A stretch of 64,000 nucleotides of DNA. It comes from Octopus vulgaris. Its lineage: Eukaryota. Below, one piece after another: positions 54,154-64,000 of the stretch. The position numbers and the translations under genes were made by a program. Below the pieces are notes generated by a model. That model ran no database searches, was not told where the DNA came from, and was given only the letters and a program-made list of their open reading frames with translations. The stretch lies in the NCBI GenBank assembly GCA_951406725.2, contig OX597832.1, forward strand, positions 20,770,001 to 20,834,000. The letters are read 5' to 3'. Position 1 is the first letter of the stretch, and each line of letters opens with the position of its first letter.

Positions 54154-54711
54154 CACATATAATTATATGTATAAGAAAGCAATGAAATTGGTTCAGTGAA
54201 AAAGCAGTGACGAGTGGACTATCCAACATTTCGGATGCAATCCTTCGCCAGTAGGCAGGAAAAAAGAGAAGAGAAGAAAAAGAAGAGAGTCTGAATTTAC
54301 ATCCTCTCAGCTTGAAAAACTGGCTGAAGAGGATGTAAACTCTGTTTGCCTTTCTTCTCTTCTACTCGAGCCCCTGACGAAGGATTAAATCCGAAACGTT
54401 GGATATTTCCACTCCCCACAGCACTGTACCCCTTTTACTGCTTTCTTATTTTTTCAAATCTTGCTGCCGCAGAGCTACTATATATGTATGTGAGTGTGTG
54501 TGTGTCTATGTTCGTGTGTCTGTGTTTGTTCCTCATCTATTGATTGACCACCGATGTTGTTGTGTTTACGTCCCCGTAACTTAGCAATTCAACAAAAGCG
54601 ACAGATAGAATACGTACCACGCTTACAAAGAATAAGTCCTGGAGTAGATTTGTTTAACTAGCGGGCGGTGCTCCTGCATGGCCGCAGCCAAATGACTGAA
54701 ACAAGCAAAAG

Positions 54712-54777
<66 letters not shown>

Positions 54778-55315
54778 GTATATATGTATATATGTATGTA
54801 TGTGTGTATGTATGCACACAACCCACTCCACACACACGCATACACACCAAGAAACGTTATCTTTGACTAAAATCGTTGATGACTGCGCCCTAGCATAGCC
54901 GTAATCCAATGACTGAAAGCTTTAAACGAAAATAATAATTACAAAAAAAGAACAACAAAAAACACACAACGTTCTAGCAGATATTCTTCTTAGAGGTATT
55001 AATCATCGTGTTTAACGAAGTTAGCTAGGAGAGTCTAATGAGATTATTTCATTCATAAAAAGCACAACATCAATTGTCAATCATATTAAAGGATAACAAG
55101 TACTATCTTGCTAGAAATCAATAAAGGCTAACATTTATTATCTTGTTCATAATCAATACAAACAAGCAAGAACTATCCAGCTTTTAATCAATATATATAC
55201 CAATCCTCGACCAATGCAAAGCAAGAAAGCAAAAATTAGGAAAAACCACTCTAAGTTAGCAAATATTTACGATCTTTCAAGATGGGGGAAACTAAAAGAA
55301 TCGAGCGAGAAAAGT

Positions 55316-56002
55316 AACGAAATCTCTTCTCTACTGAATCGCACCGTGTTATAATGAGAAATGTAAGGGGTACGGTGAATGAATCGATCTGTGCATTCCG
55401 TTACACTCAGTAATAATTTGGGGTGGCCACAACTGGAATGGTTTTGGTAGTATGTCAGATAGTAGCTCGATCAGTAACAACGGAATCACAAGTGCGCAAA
55501 TGAAGAAGACTGCATGTATACAATGATAAAAGCAGTGTTGTATATGCTCCATGTTTTTTCCAGATCATATGACAATCATACAGGATGGTCATGGCTAGAA
55601 TGCTTTTGATAGGTTCATTTCGCAGCTTGATCAGGGCTGTCTACGAATGAAGAATTGCCAACGAAATCTCTTCTCCGATTTGCTTCGTATTATATTGAGA
55701 AATGTAAAGGGTACAGTGAATGAATAGATCTGTGCATTCCGTTACACTGAGTAATAATTTGGGGTGGCCACAACTGGAATGGTTTTGGTAATAGGTCAGC
55801 TAGTAGTTCGTTCAGTAACAACGGAATCACAAGTGCGCAAATGAAGAAGACTGCATGTATACATTGATAAAAACACAGTGTTGAATATGTTCCATGTTTT
55901 TCCAGATCATGGGATAATCATGCAGGATGGTCATGGCTAGAATGCTTTTGATAGGTTCATTTCGCAGTTTGATCAGGGCTGTCTACGAATGAAGAATTGC
56001 CA
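55316..56002 (+). repeat. Tandem duplication of ~344 bp (55316-55659 and 55660-56002)
   Basis: aacgaaatctcttctc...gtctacgaatgaagaattgcca twice, with scattered substitutions. Confidence 0.95.
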
Positions 56003-56260
56003 CAACAACGACAATGATGGAGAAGGAAACAGCAACGCAAATGCGGGACATTTGCCACGGTAGAGAATGTGTTCTATGTACATGGGAGCACAAGAAAAAG
56101 ATACTGGATCAAATGGTCTCGGTCAGAATGCCATTCATTATAGGTCGGCTTGCAGTTGCATCAGAGATGAAGTTGTGATACGTCACAACAGAAACAAAGA
56201 GGCACAAATAAAGGAGATGCATGCTTGCACTGATAAATGTGCGGTGAAGAATAAGGTCTA

Positions 56261-57139
56261 TTAGGTCATCTCATAAACTAAAAGTCGGAAAGGGACGGAA
56301 TAATCTACCTGCATCATCTTACTATTAATGCAGGTAGTAAATTTTCCTTATACTTTTTCTTAGTGCAAGTTTTGAAGAATGCAGTTTGATTTTAACAGTT
56401 GTTTTTTCAAAGCTATAATGGAAGTGACAAAGAAGAATATTCGGCATATTTTGCTTTAAGAGTTCAATAAAGCCAACAACGCAACGGAAAGTGTGAGGAA
56501 TATTAATGGTATTTATGGAGATCGGAGATTAAGCGTAAGCCGGTGTCAATGGTAGTTCCAGAAATTCCCAATCGGAAACTGCAGCCTAGAAGACGAGCCA
56601 CATCCTGGAAGATATATAGAGCTGTACGGGACGTCCTGCAAACCCTGACTATTGAAGAACTAGCAGAAAAGCTTGGATTTGGTCACTCAACCAGTCATTC
56701 AAGAGAGGGCTAGAAGAAAAACGATCACCTTTACCTTTGGTTTCAAGACGAAAGGTGTTCTTCCATTATGATAATGCTCGGCCACATACAGCGAGGATGA
56801 TATTTCAAAAGCTGGAGTTGTTTGAATAGGAAACGATGCCTCGCCCACCATATTCGCCAGACATTGCCCCGTCTGATAATCATTTATTCCGCAGTCTTCA
56901 AAATCATTTTGAAGGAAAAAATATGAATTCTGTATACGGGGTCAGAACAGTAGTGGTGGAGTGTTTTTCCTGACGGAAAAGTGAATTTTGGAAGAGGGTC
57001 TTTGCAAGACTACCAGATAGATGGAAGAGCATTGCCGAAAATAAAGGCGAGTATATTTTAGATTAAGAAGAGAACCTTGCTTATCTTAATTATGATATAT
57101 AAAAGAATAAAAAAAACCATTATATATGGGATGACCTAA
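56261..57139 (+). mobile_element. Mariner DNA transposon, internally deleted, transposase pseudogene 56418-57066
   Basis: TIRs ttaggtcatctcata/tatgggatgacctaa with TA TSD; MEVTKKNIRHILL*EF...LEDEPHPGR; FHYDNARPHTA; PPYSPDIAPSDNHLFRSLQNHF; the first catalytic Asp region is missing. Confidence 0.93.
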
Positions 57140-57713
57140 TACGTTGGTCAGTACACAGGTAAAAAATTAGATGTTTGGGCCTAGGATGCTTTTGATAATG
57201 GATCAACTCGTTGCTGGATCAGTGCTAATCTAGGATTAATCACTTTGTTACCACGCTTTATTTCAAACAAGACCGATTGTGTTTCAGTTAATTTTAAACA
57301 TAATGAAGAACTTAGGAAAATGGAATTGTCATTGAGCTGGTATTTGAAACAGGAATTGACATAAATTTTGATTTCAAGTTTTACATTAGATCACTTTAAA
57401 ACAGGAAGAAGTATCTTTAGATCGCTTTAAGACAGGAAGATGCATCACTGAACCAGCAAGTTTTTCCGCTTCTCTAATTAATCTGCCCATGTACCACAAC
57501 TCTCTGTTAATTGTAATCTTGGAAAAGACAGTAAATTACCTGACATCATATATTTGTCTATCTATATATCTATCCATACATCCAACTAAATATATATACA
57601 TATATATATATATAAATTTATAAATTTATATATATATTATATTTTGTGAAATTTGATTTAGTATTTCTAAATTGAATTTCTCCCTGTAAGTTTGGAATAA
57701 TTATTCCCTCAAA

Positions 57714-57773
<60 letters not shown>

Positions 57774-57831
57774 TGGGAAGTCGAGAGAGGGAGAGAGAGA
57801 GAAGAAGAAGAAGAAGAAGAAGAAGAAGAAG

Positions 57832-57862
<31 letters not shown>

Positions 57863-57876
57863 TATATATATATATA

Positions 57877-57902
57877 TAACTTAGTTGCGTGGGTTAGCGG
57901 TT

Positions 57903-57939
<37 letters not shown>

Positions 57940-57966
57940 TATCCGCTAACCTACGCGACTAGGTTA
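57877..57966 (+). repeat. 24-bp inverted repeat enclosing an (AT)n tract
   Basis: taacttagttgcgtgggttagcgg / ccgctaacctacgcgactaggtta. Confidence 0.9.
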
Positions 57967-58557
57967 GACATATTACGCATATGTTAGTGCATGCATATTT
58001 ATATATACACACACACACACATATACATAATGCGTCTAAGATAGTCACGTGGGCTGGCATTCAGTCTGACCTCTGGGATTTGATCTCAGACCGTAAAAGA
58101 ACGGCAAATATATTGCAAGTAATTTTTTTTAGATCGATCTAAAACAAAAGATAGAAATTTAGATTTTAACATACTCTGAGAATGTTACATTTTTTCGAGA
58201 GTGATAGGGAAGTCTCTACATCTATCACTTAGCAGAGTTACCTCATTATCTTAAATTTTTTTTCCATCTTTAAATACAGATCTAGATATTTCTAAATTCT
58301 AACTGCGAATCTAGTAATGAAAATTACATAAATCCGAATGGAATATTATTCACATAAAAGAAGAACAATTAGGAGAGATTTTACATTTCAGTCATTCATA
58401 AGAGAAAGATTTTTTTTTTCTTATCATAAAGTTTTAGTTTCATTTACATATTCCAGTCAATTTTTCGTTACGATATTAATTTAGGAAAAACATGTAACAA
58501 TGTTGTTCTGTAAATATGTTTTGTTAAACACACAAATAGATATACATACACACATAT

Positions 58558-58614
<57 letters not shown>

Positions 58615-58652
58615 AAATACACACAAATGCATATATAACTTATGTATATTGT

Positions 58653-58834
58653 GGAGGCGCCATGGCCCAGTGTTTAAGGCAGCGGACTCGCGGTGTTAGG
58701 ATTGCAGTTTCGATTCCCAGACCGGGTGTTGTGAGTACATGTGTCTGTGGAGTGCTCAACCACTTGCACGTTAATTTCACGAGCGGTCTGTTCCGTTGAT
58801 CAGATTAACTGGAACACTCAACGTCGTAACCAAC
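58653..58834 (+). mobile_element. tRNA-derived SINE family C, internally deleted
   Basis: ggaggcgccatggcccagtg A-box, gtttcgattccc B-box, joined directly to tail gtgtctgtggagtgctcaaccacttgcacgttaatttcacgagc. Confidence 0.85.
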
Positions 58835-58939
58835 ATATTGAAATGGACTCTCCTGTCGAAGACGACGTATGTTGAGTTCAGCTTTTGCCGAACGACCAGC
58901 AAAAATGATTTGTTTATTGTGATCACAAGGCCATATATA

Positions 58940-59037
<98 letters not shown>

Positions 59038-59913
59038 ATATATATAGTACACACGCACATATGTATGAGGGTCGATAAAACAACAGTCAGTTCAGCGGGG
59101 AATATCTCTAGTCTTGTGGCAAAATTTGCAAACAATATATGCTGTATATTTTCTATCTTTTAACAAGCTCACTGGCTAATCGCAAATCCTCTTCTAGCAA
59201 TGTTCTATCGCGGTTTCTCTAAATATTGCTGGCGGTAAGATGGGTCACTGCAATCTCTAGCGGTCGGGCGTCCATCATTGAGAAGACTAAAGAAGGACGA
59301 ATTCAGGTGATCTGGTAGCCTCGCCGCAGGAAATGGCGGGGCTTTATTTTCCCGCTAGCAATATAAACCAGCGTATATTTTCCACCGAAAGCGAATACAA
59401 GAGACTCTCCCGTGGATTCTGCCGCAGTATTGTGTGTTCTAACAGAACACACCCATTTGAGTGAGGATATATATATATTCTATATTTCATATATTTTCTT
59501 ATTTATTCACAATTCTTCATGGTAAGCAAAATATGAAATAAAACAAACAATAAAGCTTTTAACACAATATTACCATTTCTAATATTTAAATTGCTCTATC
59601 CTCGTTATATCTTTTTTTTATCTCTTCTCTTTCAATAACTTCAATCAACAGAATATTATCTTGCTGAGGGGATGCATTGAAGAGTTTAAAATATATAAGG
59701 ATAATGTTCAATATTCTGTTCTTCTAAGAGCTGGAATAGATATTCAGATATTAAAACTGAAGATACTTAAGATACATACGAATGAAAAAAAAACCCCCTT
59801 GATGTGAGCCGTTGTTTCTTTTACTATTTATTTCACGCATCCTAGAAATCGCCTGTTGAAGTAATGTTTTGCATTTTCCTAAAATATTTTTCCGGTATAT
59901 ATATATATATATA

Positions 59914-59948
<35 letters not shown>

Positions 59949-60034
59949 AATATATGTCGATACACAGATAGATATTTATCTATCTGTATGTAAATATATA
60001 TATATATATATGTATGTGCATAGGCTTCGTCGAT

Positions 60035-60358
60035 AGGCGGTGGTGTGGCTGTATGGAAAGAATCTTGCTTCTCAACAACACAGTTCCGGTTTCAGACTCA
60101 CTGCGTGGCACCTTGGGTTTGGTAGACGGAAACAGAAAGATGCCCGTCGTATGTACATGTGTGTCAGTGTTTGCCCTCCTATCGTCGCTTGACAACCAAT
60201 GCTGGTGTGTTTACGACTCTGTATCTTAGCATTTCAGCAACAGAAACTAGGCTTACAAAGCATAAGTCCCGGGGGCGATTTGCTCAACGAAAGGCGGTGC
60301 TCCAGCATGGCTGCAGACAAATGACCTAAACAAGTAAAACAATAAAACAATAAAAGAA
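60035..60358 (+). mobile_element. SINE family B with internal deletions
   Basis: ggcggtggtgtggctgtatgg...cactgcgtggcaccttggg...aaaggcggtgctccagcatggctgcag...aaacaagtaaa. Confidence 0.85.
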
Positions 60359-60932
60359 TATATTTAATATAAATGGTATTCATTCACTCTTTCACTTTTT
60401 CAGCTATACGGCTGCGGCCATGCTGGAGTACCAAGATGGTTTTGGATCGTTACTTTATGATTATATTTCGGCTGATATCCTCAAGAGTTAAGGGTCTTCA
60501 CATTACAATTCCTGAAAATGCGTTTGCCCCAGCTGGTGGCCCATTTAGTGTATGGAACTGTTCGACTCTACTGCTCTAGTCTGTACCTCATGCCGGACCG
60601 ACGGTTAATCGGGTCCATTTTCACGACAACATTCTAGTTTCTGGAAACTGAATCTGACATTTTGCCTCGCATAGACTGAATCTCGAGATGCGAGACAGAC
60701 TCCCCGCTTTAGTTTCAATAAAAGACCATATCCTCTACAAAATTTATTGAGCACTTATGCGTCCAACATAAGTCAATATGCGAACACACACACATACATA
60801 CACCCAGACACACACACATATACATATATATATATATATATGAATATATATATATATATATATATATATAACACATACATATATCTCTCTATATATATAT
60901 AAATCGGTCTATCTATATGTGTATATATGTAT

Positions 60933-61041
<109 letters not shown>

Positions 61042-61089
61042 TATATATACATATACATATCTATATATATGCTGATATATGTATATACA

Positions 61090-61136
<47 letters not shown>

Positions 61137-61515
61137 ATATATATGTATATACATATATGTATGTATGTATATATATATATGCATATCTGTATATATATAT
61201 GTACACGTTCGTATATATTTTATTATTGTGGATTCGATACAATAAATACAAGCCAGAAATATATTGTGTATATTGTGAATGTGATCAATTCAATTAGCAC
61301 AACCACTTCACCTTAGCAGAATAGTTCTAAGTCGAGTCAAAATAAATCATTATCGATTATTTGATAATGCTAAAAGTATTTAGGTGAACAACAGTGCATA
61401 TTCAATTATAAATTCACTTCATTTCTCTATTGCTTCACGTTATTCATATTTTATTACCATTTGTTTGTTTCTCTCTTCCTTGCGAACATCAAATTAAATA
61501 TTGAGGTACATACAT

Positions 61516-61574
<59 letters not shown>

Positions 61575-62733
61575 TGTATGTATACTTGGGCTTTGAGCGT
61601 TGGGGAGTAGGTGTTGTGCATATAAGTATTTGAATTCAAAGACAAACACAAGTGGCATCTATGTATCTTTGTTTGTATTATATTTAAAAGTTATTTAAAA
61701 GTTAGTATGTATACACAAAATCACCCACCTACACATACATATTTATATACACACGCGCTACTCTTTCTTTCTCTCTCTTTCTCCCCTCTCTCTCTATATA
61801 TATATATATATGTATATAAACATATATATGTATATATATATATATGTGTACGTACATGTATATTTTGTATGTGTAAATATATATATACATAAACACACAA
61901 ACACACGTATACACACGCGCATGCACTCACACTCATACAGACGCATACATATAAATATATATATATACACATAGATTCATGCATACACACATTCATATAT
62001 ATACATACACATACATACATATATACATATATACATATATATATATATATACACACATATATATATTTATATATGGATTCATGCACACCCACGTACATAT
62101 ATACATATATGTGTGTATGTGTGTGTGTTTGTATGTTTCTGTGTATTTATGTGTATATATATATGTATGTATGTATCCAAAATACATACTGACTGAGAAT
62201 ATTAGAACGCGTGGTACCCATGATATACAAATATACGTTTATATGCGTATACATGTATACAACCACAAGCACACGCACGCACCTACCCATGCACGATCAC
62301 GCGCACATGCACGCCTGCGCATTTATATATCGATACATAGACAGAAACGTAGACATGTTTGCGAACCCTTATCACGCATCGAACGAATTTTTTTCTGTTT
62401 CCTTTAATACATTTAGGTTGCACCTCTCCTGCAGTCATTGCATAAAAATATATTAAGCTGAAGCACACTTTAAGCTGAGAGAAGCAGAATAGAGCGAAAT
62501 TTAGGTATATACTGACAAAAGTAATTTTATGACAAATTAACAAGGAGGAGGCTAACGACATTTTAGGTTAATGAATGTAAGTTGAGTTAGAGTACGAACA
62601 TAGTATTCTTAAAATATAAACGCTTCAAGAATATGGCTGACAGAAATTCTTCTCTGAGACATTTATAATAGATATAAGTACTGAAGGATTTCCGCTTTTG
62701 AGCATTATGCATACAGGAAGTTTGGTATGTATG

Positions 62734-62803
<70 letters not shown>

Positions 62804-62993
62804 TGCTGGGGGTGTTTGTCTGCCCTTCGTAAATGTATATAAGGACACAGGAAAATTTGTGTCAAAGCCATCAGGGCTAAACAGCGGTGGTGTAACTCCC
62901 TACTGTCACGTTCACGTTAGATTGACTGTACACAACCATTCTATCGCCCCACCACCGTACATATCTCTATGCGAGATTTAGAAATTTAATATT

Positions 62994-63120
<127 letters not shown>

Positions 63121-63823
63121 TAGATATATATATATGGATGTGTCTGTGTGTGTATTTGCATCCTACACGACCTAAAATGAAAAAGTTGCCTCGCCGGTGT
63201 ATGCACAACCTAAAGTTTTAGGTCCAGTAATGCTTGCACAGCTCCTCACAGACACTTGCAACCCTACTAATGTGATCCAGAGAAAGCCAGGACAAGATAT
63301 CCAGCGCCAATATGGGTCGCCGGCTCAATAATGTTGGAGCAACATGATCTCAAACGCAAGCAAAAGATAACCAAAATGTTCAATCTCTACATATCTTGTT
63401 TTAATACCAATTCCTGCATATTTGGTTTTAATTCAGAGTGACCTTCTGCTAGAGACATGTTTTAGAAAAAGCTGCGGGTTGCCTCACTCCCAGTGACCTA
63501 AGGTAGGTAATTTCATGTGTTCATGTGTTCTTTTTGCAGATGTAGTCTTTAGTCCTACCGGGCTTCTAGCAACCCTCCTCATCAGGAAAGCTTAGTGCAG
63601 GTTCCTGTTTTGTTACCGACTACCTGTATATGCAACAGGTTGACTGGTTTCTATGTTACCAGAACCAGTCAGGTGAGACCTCACAAGTGACCTGACATTA
63701 ATATAAGGGAAATTTAACAAATACAGCCGGTAAAACACTCAAGGTATCATACAAAAAGGGAAGCCGTTACTTTTCATCCCCGGTCGAATGAGGTCTGAGG
63801 CAATTGCAGCTCATTATGAACAT

Positions 63824-64000
63824 GAGAGTTACACAAACACTAGAACTGGGCGCCACTGCCAAGGACACCAAACTTGCCATCAAGATGTAGGACAAGATAC
63901 TGCAATAGCCTGGGCTTCAGAGGTCCTCAGCTCTTCAATATCCTCCCGAAGGACCTGAGAGACCTGCATGGGGTGGATGTAGGTGTCTTCAAAATAAAGC
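63824..64000 (+). pseudogene. CR1/L2-like LINE ORF2 C-terminal fragment, runs off the window end
   Basis: ESYTNTRTGRHC, frameshift, then RTRYCNSLGFRGPQLFNILPKDLRDLHGVDVGVFKIK (cf. R...xNxLP..L.......FK..L). Confidence 0.75.

Noticed and set aside
59064-59470. Possible mariner-type end (tatgagggtcgataaaa) followed by GC-richer sequence
   Set aside because: No matching second TIR or transposase motif found by eye
63500-63680. Splice-like signals (aaggtaggt, ttctttttgcag, caggtgaga)
   Set aside because: No convincing open exon or recognisable peptide; adjacent to a LINE remnant

Overview
AT-rich, extremely microsatellite-dense eukaryotic non-coding DNA (intron or intergenic). The SINE families and the (AT)n/(AGAT)n/(ACAT)n/(AAT)n load look like a coleoid cephalopod (Octopus-like) genome; this is recognition from memory, not a database result. 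I see no intact host protein-coding gene, and almost every ORF in the track is a translated microsatellite. The real coding homology is in dead mobile elements: a Penelope-like RT remnant (~10.1-10.9 kb), an RTE LINE 3' end (~17.9-18.3 kb, minus), a Tx1/L1-like LINE 5' half (~26.1-28.2 kb) and a separate TSD-flanked 3' fragment (~36.2-37.0 kb), an internally deleted mariner (~56.3-57.1 kb) and a CR1/L2-like 3' fragment at the window end. At least three tRNA-derived SINE groups are present. Most interesting: (1) SINE multimers with the layout head-[body-tail1]n-body-tail2, where tail1 matches the 3' end of the Tx1-like LINE and almost all internal junctions fall at the same GTATTTC site, suggesting a LINE-driven, SINE-into-SINE targeted insertion system; (2) one near-canonical and several degenerate hammerhead ribozyme motifs in short Penelope-type repeats; (3) many long inverted repeats that would give dsRNA; (4) a compact candidate promoter with two RFX X-boxes. 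All alignments and coordinates were done by eye.
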